A stretch of 64,000 bases of DNA from Nannocystaceae bacterium (GTDB lineage Bacteria; Myxococcota_A; Polyangia; Nannocystales; Nannocystaceae). Shown here piece after piece: positions 1 through 9,492 of the stretch. The notes beneath the pieces were generated by a model. It did no database searches and had not been told where the DNA came from. It saw nothing but the letters and a program-made list of their open reading frames with translations. Both the position numbers and the translations under genes were made by a program. Position 1 is the first letter of the stretch, and each line of letters starts with the position of its first letter. The stretch is taken from contig JAXLYC010000019.1 of NCBI GenBank assembly GCA_046351635.1, forward strand, positions 46,035 through 110,034. The letters run 5' to 3'.

Positions 1-547
1 CGACAGCAAGGGCGACGTCATGGACCAGGCCCTGCTCGCGGCCGGGCTCGACATCAACAGCCGCGACAAGGCCAAGATCCGCGAGGTCGTCGCTCCGATG
101 CTGCAGCAGCAGAAGCAGATCCTGCGCGCCTACGACAGCAACCCCGCGCGCGCGCTGACGAGCGGCGACACCTGGATCGCGCAGATCGACAGCGGCGATC
201 TGCTCGCGGCCCAGGCGAGCAAGCCCAGCCTGCAGTACGTCATCCCCGACGAGGGCGCGGCGCTGTGGACCGACTACGTCGCGATCGCGTCGGCGTCGAA
301 GTCACCGGAGCTGGCGCTGCGCTTCATCGACTACCTGCTCGAGCCGGAGGTCGCGGCGAGCAACGCCAACACGCTGTCGTTCGCGACGCCCAACGGCACC
401 GCGCTGGAGCAGGACCTCATCGACGCGGCCGACGACCCGCACATCTACCCGCCGCCCGAGGTCATCGCGCACCTGCAACGCAGCCAGAACTGGGTCGGCG
501 GCAACGCGGCCTTGGTCGACGAGCTGTGGCAGCAGCTGCGGGGCTAG
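1..547 (+). CDS. Polyamine (spermidine/putrescine) ABC transporter periplasmic substrate-binding protein, C-terminal part; the 5' end lies outside the window
   Basis: The ORF is open from the window start, and the first in-window Met is at 20. The translation (…DTWIAQIDSGDLLAAQASKPSLQYVIPDEGAALWTDYVAIASAS…FIDYLLEPEVAA…) resembles the PotD/PotF SBP family C-terminal lobe. Confidence 0.75.
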   Translation, partial: DSKGDVMDQALLAAGLDINSRDKAKIREVVAPMLQQQKQILRAYDSNPARALTSGDTWIAQIDSGDLLAAQASKPSLQYVIPDEGAALWTDYVAIASASKSPELALRFIDYLLEPEVAASNANTLSFATPNGTALEQDLIDAADDPHIYPPPEVIAHLQRSQNWVGGNAALVDELWQQLRG

Positions 548-558
548 CCCGGCAGCGC

Positions 559-1188
559 TCAGCCCTCGTCGCTGCTGCCGCCCTGCCCGAAGTCCTTCTG
601 CAGCGCCGCGGCCCAGCGATCGAGATCGTCGATGGTGCTGCGGATCAGCTGATCGGACACGTGCATGGCCTCGATGCGCTCGCGCAGCATCTGCCGCGCG
701 CGGAACAACCGGCTCTTGACCGTGCCGGTCTGGACCCCGAGCACCGCGGCGATGTCCGCGACGCCCATGCCCTCCCAGTAGTGCAGCTCGACGCAGATCT
801 GGAAGTCGATCGGGATGCTGCGCAGGCCCTTGAGCAGCAGCTTCTTCTCTTCGTGCATCGCCCGCAGCTGGCTGGGCGTGCCCATGAGGTCCTCGGCCGA
901 GACCTCCATGAAGTCCTCGAGCTTGCCGTGCGTGCGCTTGTTCCGGTACTGGTGGAACAGCAGGTGCCGCGCGATGCCCAGCAGGTACGCGCGGAAGGTG
1001 CCTTCCTTGATGCGGTCGAAGCTCTCGAGGCTGGCGAGGAAGGTCCGCTGCGTCAGGTCCTCGACGTCGCTGTCGATCTTGCTGCGGAAGAAGCGATAGA
1101 CGCTGCTGAAGTGGCGGTCCACGAGCTCGTTGCCCGCGGTCTTGTCGCCGTCCTTCCAGCGCTTGAGCAGCTCGAAATCGTCGCTCAA
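559..1188 (-). CDS. ECF-type RNA polymerase sigma factor (sigma-70 family, regions 2 and 4)
   Basis: The 209 aa product has region 2 (YRFFRSKIDSDVEDLTQRTFL) and region 4 (ELHYWEGMGVADIAAVLGVQTGTVKSRLFRARQML) signatures. Confidence 0.9.
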   Translation of the reverse strand: MSDDFELLKRWKDGDKTAGNELVDRHFSSVYRFFRSKIDSDVEDLTQRTFLASLESFDRIKEGTFRAYLLGIARHLLFHQYRNKRTHGKLEDFMEVSAEDLMGTPSQLRAMHEEKKLLLKGLRSIPIDFQICVELHYWEGMGVADIAAVLGVQTGTVKSRLFRARQMLRERIEAMHVSDQLIRSTIDDLDRWAAALQKDFGQGGSSDEG

Positions 1189-1235
1189 CGGGTCCAGCCT
1201 ACGTCGTTTGCCACCGGATCACCACCGCCTGGGGT

Positions 1236-1978
1236 TCAACGCGGCCGCCGGGGCTCGCGGAGCACCCGCAGGAACCAGGCCACGCCGGCCGCGAGCGTCA
1301 CCAGCGAGAACGCGCCGCAGGCCAGGCCCCACAGCCAGTAGGTCCCGCCCAGGGCCTGGGCCATCTGGGCCGTGTCCGAGGCCATGGTGCCTGCGCCGGT
1401 CACGGCGGTGTCGGTGAAGAGGTAGTCCGCGCGCGAGAACACCGACAGCGCGAGCTGGGTCGCCAGGAACACGCAGCCCAGCTGCGCAGTGGCGTCGCTG
1501 CCGCGCACCGCCAGCCACCCGGCCGCGCCGGCGACCGCGAGCGTGAACACCACGCCGAAGGGGTTGCGCACGACCAGCGCGAGCGCGACGACCAGCGCCA
1601 CGGCGATGGCGCCCAGCAGCCCCGCGCGCCGCGGCGCGAGCGGCCCGCGCCGAAGGCGATGGCCGCGACGATGGCAGGCCCGAGCAGACCGCCCGCGGCG
1701 GTGATGCCATGCGCGACGTGGCCGCCGCTGCTGCTGTGGCGCGCCACGCCAGAGCCGTCGGCGAAGATCGCCAGCGAGTCGAAGTGCCCGCCGGTCAGCA
1801 CCGCCGCGACGCCGTGCCCCAGCTCGTGGAACAGCGTCGACAGGAGCAACAGCGGGTAGGCCAGCAACGCACCGAACGGCACCAGGTACAGCGCGAGCGT
1901 GAGCACCACGCTCCACTTGAGCGCCGCGCGTGCGCGCCTGCGGGTCGCGGCATCTTCGAGCCAGTCGAGGTGGTGCAT
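1236..1978 (-). CDS. Membrane zinc metalloprotease (M50/site-2-protease-like, HELGH motif), interrupted by an apparent frameshift near 1650–1690 (possible sequencing error or pseudogene)
   Basis: ATG at 1978 gives MHHLDWLEDA…LLLLSTLFHELGHGVAAVLTGGHF…GPAIVAAIAFGAG in one frame (ORF 1400..2095). The membrane C-terminal half (LLGAIAVALVVALALVV…WFLRVLREPRRPR*) continues in the adjacent frame (ORF 1236..2204). The switch lies in a G-run (cgcggggctgctgg). It sits immediately upstream of the ECF sigma gene on the same strand. Confidence 0.6.
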
Positions 1979-2097
1979 GGCGGAGCCCCGGAGCTTGGGA
2001 TACCACGCGCAGCGCGGCGTGCATTCCGGGTACACTGACGCCCGTGCAGAACGCCTCGGGCACGCGGGATCGCCGGGTCGTCGCGACGCGCCCACGG

Positions 2098-2460
2098 CTG
2101 CGCGCTGCCCTGGCGCAGCCCGCCACGCGGCACGGCCTGCTGCTGGCCGCGCTCGCGACCGCGCCGCTGGGCTGCGGCGACGTCGAGCCCGACCACCCCG
2201 TCACGAGCTCCGCCGGTCACGACGCTGGTGCCAGCGGCGACTCCACGGCCGCCGACACCACCGCCGGCTGCACCCCCGGCGCCGAGGGCTGCGCGTGCAC
2301 GCCCGGCGGCTCCTGCGACGCGGGGCTGTCGTGCCTGTCGATGATCTGCGTCGACGCGGGCATGAACTGCCCCGTCGGCACCGAGGGCTGCGACTGCACC
2401 GAGGGCGGCACGTGCGACCCGGGGCTGGCGTGCGTGTCGCAGACGTGCGTGATGCCGTGA
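2098..2460 (+). CDS. Small secreted/lipoprotein-like Cys-rich protein with an internal duplication (start uncertain)
   Basis: The C-terminal part of ORF 1930..2460 has a hydrophobic leader (LLLAALATAPLGCGD) then two copies of G-x-EGC-x-CT-x-GG-x-CD-x-GL-x-C-x-S-x-x-CV. No ATG is near the leader, so I assume the CTG at 2098 (a GTG at 1930 is possible). Confidence 0.4.
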   Translation: MRAALAQPATRHGLLLAALATAPLGCGDVEPDHPVTSSAGHDAGASGDSTAADTTAGCTPGAEGCACTPGGSCDAGLSCLSMICVDAGMNCPVGTEGCDCTEGGTCDPGLACVSQTCVMP

Positions 2461-2730
2461 GCGCCGCGGCGCGCGATCACGGCGGCGCCTGCTTCGCGAG
2501 CGCACTGCATTCCGTGGGACGGGCACGTGCGCTCTCGGCTCTCCGCGCAGCGGCGGTGCTCTGCCGCAACCGCTCGACGCGGCGGTCGTGGCGTTCGCTC
2601 GCGGGAGTGAACTGCACGGACGCGATCGGATGGCCACGATGCCGTGTCATCGCGACCGCAGAGCGCACCCGCGCGCACCGACTCGCGGTGGCGCCGTGAG
2701 ATTTGCGCGGCGCCAACCGGAAGAACCTCG

Positions 2731-2786
2731 TTGACGAATCTACAATCGCCAGGCATGGCGCCAATGCGATTGTGGAGGCGTATCGG
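2731..2786 (+). promoter_or_regulatory. Candidate promoter/operator upstream of the LRR-like lipoprotein gene
   Basis: TTGACG (2731–2736) is −35-like. An imperfect dyad AATCGC-N16-GCGATT spans 2744–2771. GGAGG (2774–2778) lies 9 nt before ATG 2787. Confidence 0.25.
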
Positions 2787-3914
2787 ATGACGCTCGGCGG
2801 CGATGAGAGGACGAGATTCCTCGTCGTCTCGGCGCTGATGCTGCCGGCGATGATGCACGTGTTCGCATGCGGCAACTCGGACGAGTCCGGATCCGGTAGC
2901 ACTGTGCAAGCGACGCACGAGTCAGGAACGCCAACCGGGTCCAGCGAACCCGATACGACACTGAATGCGACCCTGTCGCATTCAGTGAGCGGGGAGACCG
3001 ACGCGCAATCGTCGACATCCTTCGGCGGCGCCAGCAGCGATGCGGAGTCGACTGCTTCAGGCGGCGACGTCGCGCCGGGCAGCTGCGACCGATTCGATAC
3101 CGTCGAACGCAACGTCGACGTGTATACCCAAGCGGATGCGCAGCAACTCATGGGGCTACAGTGCGTAGTCTCCGATCTCGACATCTATTCTCTGCCAGCA
3201 GACCCAGTCGTCGACCTGTCGCCATTCACAGCGCTTCATGTGGTTGGCGAGGACCTGGCCGTCAATCTCCTCGGCCTGCCGGACCTTCATGGGTTCGACG
3301 CGCTCGCGCGTGTCGGTGGGGACCTCGTCCTCGGTGGCGAGGGACCCGACATCCCTGGCTGTCTCGTGAATCCAGGCTCGCTCACGCTCGACGGCCTCGA
3401 CGCGCTAGAGCAATTGGAAGGATTGTCGATTTGCGGCCTCGATGCCCGCGGGCAGTCCGTCGCCCCTTTGCAGTCGATCGCCGCGCTCGACGCGGCGCTC
3501 GACGGCGAACTCGAACGGGTCTCGCTGCGCTACCTACCCGCGCTAGCCTCGATCGACGCGCTCAGCGGGGTCACGCACCTCGATGGACTGGTACTGATCG
3601 ACTTGCCGCAAGTGACTGACCTTGCCCCGCTCGGCGAGCTGGGCGGGATGATCTCCATGACGATGTGGCGGACCGGCGTCGCCGACTTGCACGGGCTGGA
3701 GTCCGTCATTGCACTCGACGACCGCCTCGACATCAGCTTCAACGATCAGCTCGTCACGCTCGATGGCCTCGACGCGCTCGCCTCCGTCGGTGCGCTCTAC
3801 ATCACCAACAACGCGATGCTACCGCAGACCGAGGCCGAGGCCTTCGCGGCCACCATCGATGTCGCCGCGGAGGTCGTGATCTGCGGCAACCTCGATGGCG
3901 AGCCCTGCGCGTGA
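2787..3914 (+). CDS. Lipoprotein with leucine-rich-repeat / receptor-L-domain-like repeats
   Basis: ATG 2787 is preceded by GGAGG 9 nt upstream. The leader is MTLGGDERTRFLVVSALMLPAMMHVFAC (lipobox). It has repeated L-x-x-L-x-L-x-x-L-x-x-LDGL motifs and ends ICGNLDGEPCA. Confidence 0.75.
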   Translation: MTLGGDERTRFLVVSALMLPAMMHVFACGNSDESGSGSTVQATHESGTPTGSSEPDTTLNATLSHSVSGETDAQSSTSFGGASSDAESTASGGDVAPGSCDRFDTVERNVDVYTQADAQQLMGLQCVVSDLDIYSLPADPVVDLSPFTALHVVGEDLAVNLLGLPDLHGFDALARVGGDLVLGGEGPDIPGCLVNPGSLTLDGLDALEQLEGLSICGLDARGQSVAPLQSIAALDAALDGELERVSLRYLPALASIDALSGVTHLDGLVLIDLPQVTDLAPLGELGGMISMTMWRTGVADLHGLESVIALDDRLDISFNDQLVTLDGLDALASVGALYITNNAMLPQTEAEAFAATIDVAAEVVICGNLDGEPCA

Positions 3915-3977
3915 GGCCTGGGCCGCCGTGCCGTGCGTGGCGTCCGCCGTGATCGACTCCGCCGGCGCGGCGCGCGA

Positions 3978-4886
3978 TCACGGCGGCGGTGCAGCCGGCG
4001 GCTCCGCCTTCGCTGGCGCGCCGGCCGGAGCCACCTCTGCGCCGCCGGTTGGCTTCGCGAACTTGCTCGCATCCACCGGCACGTCGATCTCCACCACCGT
4101 CAGGGTCTGCGTGGCCTTGGCGATGCCGATGTCCATGACCTGCTTGTACGGCATCTTGAAGCCCTGCACCTCGCGGTAGTCCTGCAGCTCGACCGTCACC
4201 GGCGTCTCGCCCATGGGCGTCTGCTGCTTGAACTGATGCGCGACCTGCAGGCCGCTGTCGGCGTCGAAGGACAGCGTGACGGTCGCGCCACTCTTCGCGG
4301 TGAGCTCGACGTCGTAGACCGGCTTGCCGCCGAGCTCGCGCTTGCCGACCGTGCGCGCGGCGGTGAAGTAGCGCTGCCACTGCGCCGGCAGCGACGGGCT
4401 CGAGGCCCACGCCTGCTGCTCGGCCTCGATGCCGGTGAGCGTGCGCAGGCCGCTGACGGGATCGTCGGCCCAGATCACGTCGCCCTGCTTGCCCGCACGC
4501 ACGGTGCCGACGCCGACCATGGTCTGCTCGCTGTAGAAGTCGCCGGCCTTCCACCACAGCTTCATGTCGCCGCCGATGTTCTGCGACAGCACCGAGACGG
4601 TGCCCTCGAGGTGCAGGCTCTGCAGCTGCTCGATCTTGTCCTTGCCGCCCTGCGCGACGGTGGCCTTGTCGAGCAGCGACTCGGCGCTGGGCAGATCCGA
4701 CGACGGCGCGGCCTTGGCTGCCGGGTCGCCGGCCTTGCCCTCGCCCGACTTCGTCTCGCCCTTGGCGGTCGCAGACTTGCCGTCCGCGGTCGTGCCCTCG
4801 TCTTTCTTCGCGTCGCACGCGACCGGCGCGAGCAGCAGCACGAGGGACAGACACAGCCGGGGGTGGACGCGGCGCGGACGGTTCAC
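3978..4886 (-). CDS. Hypothetical lipoprotein (302 aa)
   Basis: GTG 4886 has AGGAG 7 nt upstream. The leader is VNRPRRVHPRLCLSLVLLLAPVAC. The GTG overlaps the TGA of the upstream S41 peptidase (GTGA). Confidence 0.7.
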   Translation of the reverse strand: MNRPRRVHPRLCLSLVLLLAPVACDAKKDEGTTADGKSATAKGETKSGEGKAGDPAAKAAPSSDLPSAESLLDKATVAQGGKDKIEQLQSLHLEGTVSVLSQNIGGDMKLWWKAGDFYSEQTMVGVGTVRAGKQGDVIWADDPVSGLRTLTGIEAEQQAWASSPSLPAQWQRYFTAARTVGKRELGGKPVYDVELTAKSGATVTLSFDADSGLQVAHQFKQQTPMGETPVTVELQDYREVQGFKMPYKQVMDIGIAKATQTLTVVEIDVPVDASKFAKPTGGAEVAPAGAPAKAEPPAAPPP

Positions 4887-6319
4887 GGTGGCGCTCCTGG
4901 GGCTCGGGGATCGGTCGGCGCGGTGGGGCCCGCGTTGCCCAGGGCCGCGACCGCGGCCTCGAGCACCGGATCGTGCCCGCCCACGAAGGACTCGCGGGTC
5001 TCGGGCACGAGCACGTCGGGCACCACACCGACCCCCTCGACCACGGTGCCCTCGGGCGAACGGTAGTCGCCCACGACATACTGCAAGATGGCGCCGCCGG
5101 GCAGCTCGTCGATCACCGACGGCAGCGCCGCGCCGGCCGAGGCGCGGCCGCCGAAGATCGTGACGCGCCCCAGGTCGCGCAGGCCCGCGGCGAAGATCTC
5201 CGACGTGCTCGCGGTGCCCTCGTCGACCAGGATCGCGACCTTGCCGGTGAAGCCCAGCGGGTTGCCCTCGACGTTGAACTCCTGCTTGAAGTCGCGAAAC
5301 TGCAGCGTGCCCAGGCTGCCGGGTTGCGACAGCAGCATGCGCGCGACCGGCACGCTCATGGCCCCGACACCGCCGGGGTTGCCCCGCAGATCGAGCACCA
5401 GCGCGGTCATGCCGGCGTTGCGCAGCTCGGCCATGCCGGCCTCGACGCGCTTGACCATCGGCAGCATCCACACGTTGAACGCGAGGTAGCCGACGGTGGT
5501 GCCCGGCATCATCCGCCACGTCACGCGCGTGGGGATGTTCTCGAGGTTGCCCAGGGTCACGCGCTCGCCCTCGGGCTCGGCGCACTGCAGCATGCGGATC
5601 ACCTGGTGGCCGTCGGGCCCGGCCAGCTTGACCTTCTTCGACTGGCCCGCGCGCGCGCACGACAGCCGCGCCGAGGCCACGCGCCCCAGCTCGAACGCCA
5701 GCTCGCTGGGCCGCTGGCTGCGCGCACGCAGGCGCGCGATGGCCTCGTCGAAGTCGCGGTCGTCGACCGCGAGCAGGGTCGCGCCGGGCTCGACCGTGCC
5801 CAGGTGCCCGCCGGCGTGGCTGTCGACCACGACCAGCCGATCGTCGATCCAGCGCACCGACAGCGGCGGCTCGGCCGAGCCCTCGCGGCGCTCCTCGTCC
5901 TGCCCGCCGCCACCGGGCGGGAACAGGCGGAAGTGGCTCTGGCCCAGCTCGCCGAGCATCTCGTTGATGATCGCGTAGCCGCGATCGGCCTGCTCGATCC
6001 CGACGAGCTTCTGCGCGTAGCGCAGCCGCAGCGCCGGCCAGTCCTTACAGCCCAACGTCGGGTCGTAGTGCTTCTGCAGCACCCGCAGCCACACCTGCTG
6101 CAGCGTGTCGGCGTAGCGGCTGGCGGGCAACGCCGGCAGGCTCGCGGGATCGAGCGTGCCGTAGTCGACGCACGCCGGCGTGGGCTTTTCGCTGGGCGTA
6201 GGCTCGGGCGCGCGCTCGGGCGTGACCGCGGTCGACGAGGGCGTGGGCGCAGGCTCACCGCAGCCCAGCGCGAGCGCGAACACGGCGGCCGGGCAGCCGC
6301 GACCGCAGGTGTGCATCAT
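4883..6319 (-). CDS. S41 family C-terminal processing (tail-specific) peptidase, lipoprotein
   Basis: ATG 6319 gives MMHTCGRGCPAAVFALALGC. Motifs include LVLDLRGNPGG and VAILVDEGTASTSEIFAAGLRD (S41 catalytic Ser/Lys region). The start ATG overlaps the TGA of the upstream crp-like gene (ATGA). Confidence 0.85.
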   Translation of the reverse strand: MMHTCGRGCPAAVFALALGCGEPAPTPSSTAVTPERAPEPTPSEKPTPACVDYGTLDPASLPALPASRYADTLQQVWLRVLQKHYDPTLGCKDWPALRLRYAQKLVGIEQADRGYAIINEMLGELGQSHFRLFPPGGGGQDEERREGSAEPPLSVRWIDDRLVVVDSHAGGHLGTVEPGATLLAVDDRDFDEAIARLRARSQRPSELAFELGRVASARLSCARAGQSKKVKLAGPDGHQVIRMLQCAEPEGERVTLGNLENIPTRVTWRMMPGTTVGYLAFNVWMLPMVKRVEAGMAELRNAGMTALVLDLRGNPGGVGAMSVPVARMLLSQPGSLGTLQFRDFKQEFNVEGNPLGFTGKVAILVDEGTASTSEIFAAGLRDLGRVTIFGGRASAGAALPSVIDELPGGAILQYVVGDYRSPEGTVVEGVGVVPDVLVPETRESFVGGHDPVLEAAVAALGNAGPTAPTDPRAPGAPP

Positions 6320-7023
6320 TCGTAGGTGACGCGCTCGAGCGCGGCGAGATCCAGCACCACGATCTCCTGCCGGCTCAAGTTGAGGATGCCGTTGCGCTGC
6401 ATGCGATTGAGCGCGCGCGAGATCTCCTCGCGCACGGTGCCCAGTCGCGCCGCCACGGTGTTCATGTCGAGCTGACGCGGGATCACGGTCTGCTTGCCCG
6501 GCTCGGCGCCGTTGCGCACCGCGAGCGTGAAGAGGAACGACGCCAGCCGCCGCTCGACCGAGCGCAGCGACAGATCGAGCACGAGATCGATCAAACGGTT
6601 GGCGCGGAACGCCATGTGCCGCATCAGCGCGAACGCCAGCGCCTCGCTGCGCGCGGTCAGCTTCACGACCGCATCGGTCTCGAAGCGGTAGACCTCCGAG
6701 TCGGCCATCGCGAAGGCGCTCGCGGCACACTGCACGTCGCGCGGCAGGAAGCCCTCGCCGATCATCTTGCCGGGCTCGGCCAGGTACAGGATCTGCTCGC
6801 GGCCCTCGCTCGAGATCAGGCTCAGCTTGAACTCGCCCGACTTGACCAGGAACAACCCGGGGCCGGGCTCGCCGCGACGGAACAGCGAGCGCTTGCGCTT
6901 GACGTCGAGCAGCTCGGCGATCTGGCACAGCTGGCCGAGCACGTCGTCGGGCACGCGGTCCCAACCTGCCCAGCGCTTGAGCATCTTCGAGACCAGCTCG
7001 GCGTCCCCGGCGTCGACTGCCAT
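6316..7023 (-). CDS. Crp/Fnr family transcriptional regulator (cNMP-binding domain + C-terminal HTH)
   Basis: The 235 aa product has a β-roll region (LFRRGEPGPGLFLVKSGEFKL) and an HTH (RQLDMNTVAARLGTVREEISRALNRMQRNGIL). Confidence 0.9.
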   Translation of the reverse strand: MAVDAGDAELVSKMLKRWAGWDRVPDDVLGQLCQIAELLDVKRKRSLFRRGEPGPGLFLVKSGEFKLSLISSEGREQILYLAEPGKMIGEGFLPRDVQCAASAFAMADSEVYRFETDAVVKLTARSEALAFALMRHMAFRANRLIDLVLDLSLRSVERRLASFLFTLAVRNGAEPGKQTVIPRQLDMNTVAARLGTVREEISRALNRMQRNGILNLSRQEIVVLDLAALERVTYE

Positions 7024-7164
7024 GCCGCGCAGTGTAACTCCATGGGACCGCTCATGCGACTGTTCTCACGGCTCGGCTGCGCGCAAGGGGTCCGCGAGGC
7101 TCGTGTGGGCCCGCCACGCGCTCGCGGCCTGCCGTCGCCGGCGTGGGGCCAGGCGTTCAGGGGT

Positions 7165-7509
7165 TCATGCGTCCTCGAAGCGACCCGCGCGGAAGAGCCC
7201 GCGCTTGCGGCCTGCCGGCGGGGACTCGGGCGCCAGCTGGCGCAGCCAGGTCCACGAGTAGATCCCGGCGTCGTGTCCGTCGCTGAAGCGGATCCCCAGC
7301 GCATACGCGCCCATCTCGTAGAGCCCCACCGCGGTGACGTCCGCGGCGGGTTCGTGGAACCGGACGACGTCGCCGTGCCCCTGGCACTGCGCGCACGGAC
7401 ACCAGCCGCGCAGATATGGGATCGGCAGCTCGCTCGTGGTGCCGTCGGCCCACGCGATCGCGAGCAGGTTCTCGCCTCTGTGGTGGGCGACATCGAGCGG
7501 CTGCGCCAT
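7165..7509 (-). CDS. DUF971 domain protein (gamma-butyrobetaine-hydroxylase-like N-terminal domain)
   Basis: The 114 aa product carries YLRGWCPCAQCQG, the signature of DUF971. Confidence 0.75.
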   Translation of the reverse strand: MAQPLDVAHHRGENLLAIAWADGTTSELPIPYLRGWCPCAQCQGHGDVVRFHEPAADVTAVGLYEMGAYALGIRFSDGHDAGIYSWTWLRQLAPESPPAGRKRGLFRAGRFEDA

Positions 7510-7623
7510 GCGCCGCGAGCATACCGCGAGCCGTCGCGGCTGCCGCAGCGACGCCGGCAGCGCCGGTCGCGAGCGCGCCGCGGGGTTGCCGGGGCCGGCG
7601 CGACCGCGTCAAGCTCGGCCTCG

Positions 7624-7992
7624 ATGCTGCTGCTCCGCCGTCCTGCGTCGCTGCTGGTGACGCTCATGCTCGCGCTCGCGTGCCAGCGAGATCCGGCACA
7701 ACCCGCCGAAGGTGGCGGTGAAGGCGGTGGCTCGACCGGCAACTTCGACGCGCAGCTCGAAGAAGCGTGCCGACCGTGGTGCATGCACAACCTCGACTGC
7801 AACCCCGGTGCGACCGACGTCGAGATGTGCACCGCGTCGTGCGTCGAGGTCGAGTCGCACTACGGGCAAGACTCGCAGGAGTGCCGCGACGCCGTGATCG
7901 CGTTCTACGACTGTCTCACGACCGTGGAGTGTGGCGGCGGGTCGATGTGCCAGGGGCAGAGCACGACCGTGCATGATCTGTGCGGCAACTGA
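7624..7992 (+). CDS. Small Cys-rich lipoprotein (122 aa)
   Basis: ATG 7624 gives MLLLRRPASLLVTLMLALACQRD (lipobox). The mature part contains 10 Cys. It is the C-terminal portion of long ORF 6616..7992, whose upstream part is an out-of-frame artefact. Confidence 0.6.
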   Translation: MLLLRRPASLLVTLMLALACQRDPAQPAEGGGEGGGSTGNFDAQLEEACRPWCMHNLDCNPGATDVEMCTASCVEVESHYGQDSQECRDAVIAFYDCLTTVECGGGSMCQGQSTTVHDLCGN

Positions 7993-8058
7993 AGCGGGCA
8001 CGGGCACGGGCACGGAGCAGGGTGTCCCGAAGAACGCTTCGCGTTCTTTCGCACCCCG

Positions 8059-8949
8059 CTAGCTTCCCATCGCGCGCAGGACCCCGTCGAGGCGGTGGCA
8101 CAGCTCGACGGGGACCCACAGCGCGCGGCCGTGGGGGCCGCCGCGGAACGCCAGGCCGCAGCTCTCGAGCTCGGCGCACGGCGTCGGACCGGGGGCCGCG
8201 TCGCCGACGGCGATCGCGAGCCGATCCTGCTGCAGCACCGCCTCGATGCCGCGCGCGTCGAGGCGATCGCGCACGAGCGCGCCGAGCAGCACCAGCGCGT
8301 CGCTCGACAGCGTCGCGACCAGGATGCCCAGCAGGTGGTCGTCGCGCAGCACCTGCTCGACCTCGAGCTCGACCGCGCCGCGCATCGTCGTCACGCCCAT
8401 GCCGGTCGCGGCCATGCGCCGCGACAGCCCCAGCCGCCGCGCGATGGCGGACAGCGAGGCGTCGCCGGCCTGTTCGAGGCCCGCGCGCAGCGAGCGGGAT
8501 CGCAGGGACTCGTCGGTGCGCGGCGTCGACTCCTCGGGCGCGCGGTCCGGCTGCACCAACGGCGCGGTCAGCTCGCGATCGTCGATGCGGATCGCGAGCT
8601 CGAACGCCCGCAGCCGCGCGCGCTCGTGGCCGACCAAGCCCGCGACCATCGCCCGCGTGACCGCGCGCAACGCCGCGACGCCGTCGTGCGCGGCGCGCTC
8701 GTCGACGCGATCGGGCTCGGCGAGGTAGCGCGCCGTCACGGCATCGGCGTGGGCGAGCCGCGAGACCAGCTCGATCGGCCAGCGCGTGAACGGATGCCCG
8801 CTGGCGTGCAGCGCCCGCAGCAGCCGCGCGACCGAGCGACGCGTCGCCCGGACCTCGTCGTGCAGCGGCATCGGCTCGGCGTTGGGCTGCGGCTCACCGG
8901 CGATCAGGCGCAAGCGCGGGCTCGACTCGCTCTGCATGTCTGGCTGCAT
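8059..8949 (-). CDS. Hypothetical protein (296 aa), possibly regulatory
   Basis: ATG 8949 gives MQPDMQSE. Composition is protein-like and no family was recognised with confidence. Confidence 0.4.
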   Translation of the reverse strand: MQPDMQSESSPRLRLIAGEPQPNAEPMPLHDEVRATRRSVARLLRALHASGHPFTRWPIELVSRLAHADAVTARYLAEPDRVDERAAHDGVAALRAVTRAMVAGLVGHERARLRAFELAIRIDDRELTAPLVQPDRAPEESTPRTDESLRSRSLRAGLEQAGDASLSAIARRLGLSRRMAATGMGVTTMRGAVELEVEQVLRDDHLLGILVATLSSDALVLLGALVRDRLDARGIEAVLQQDRLAIAVGDAAPGPTPCAELESCGLAFRGGPHGRALWVPVELCHRLDGVLRAMGS

Positions 8950-9057
8950 CGCTGTCCGAGGCCGCGGCCTTGAAGTCGGCGCGCGCACCGTCGGCCCCGA
9001 TCCCGGCCGCTTCGCCGGAAACTTGGTCGGGCGCAGCCTACATGTAGGATATGCACG

Positions 9058-9492
9058 ATGGAGCCCGAGAACCCGCAAAGCAGCGCTCCCCGAAGCTTTC
9101 GTGTGCGTCCGCTGCCGCATCCCGGCGGCCCCCCGTTCGATCGACGCAAGCGCCGGTCGAGCTCGGCTGCGGTCGCGATCGAGCTGGCGCTCACCAGCGC
9201 GGCCGCGCGGGCGCGACTGGACGCGATGATCGTGGTCGACGACGACGGCATGTTGGTCGCGCGCAGCCGCGGCCCGCTCGATCTGTCGATGCTGGCCGCG
9301 GTCACGCCCATCGTGGGCCGGGGTCAGGCCATCCCGCGCATCAAGCGAGAGGGCCGGCAGCTCGACATGAGCGTCGAGACGATCGAGATCGCCGGTGACC
9401 GCTACTACGTCGCGGCGCTGGGCGGGCGCTACCTCGAGCGGCGTCGCGAGCTCGAAGACGGCGTGGCCGCGGCGCGGCGCATCCTGGCCTGA
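9058..9492 (+). CDS. Hypothetical protein, tentatively Roadblock/LC7-like; start uncertain
   Basis: …LDAMIVVDDDGMLVARSRG…IEIAGDRYYVAALGG… resembles MglB/Roadblock folds. It is divergent from the 8949 gene. Confidence 0.35.
   Translation: MEPENPQSSAPRSFRVRPLPHPGGPPFDRRKRRSSSAAVAIELALTSAAARARLDAMIVVDDDGMLVARSRGPLDLSMLAAVTPIVGRGQAIPRIKREGRQLDMSVETIEIAGDRYYVAALGGRYLERRRELEDGVAAARRILA

Noticed and set aside
265-1341. 358-aa plus-strand ORF overlapping the ECF sigma gene
   Set aside because: It is Arg/Ala/Gly-rich with no motif. It is antisense to a well-supported sigma-factor gene and is a typical high-GC alternative-frame artefact.
1400-2095. Treating ORF 1400..2095 and ORF 1236..2204 as two separate genes
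   Set aside because: The N-terminal half (HELGH) and the C-terminal TM half are each only protein-like over complementary segments. Together they form one M50-like protein with a frameshift.
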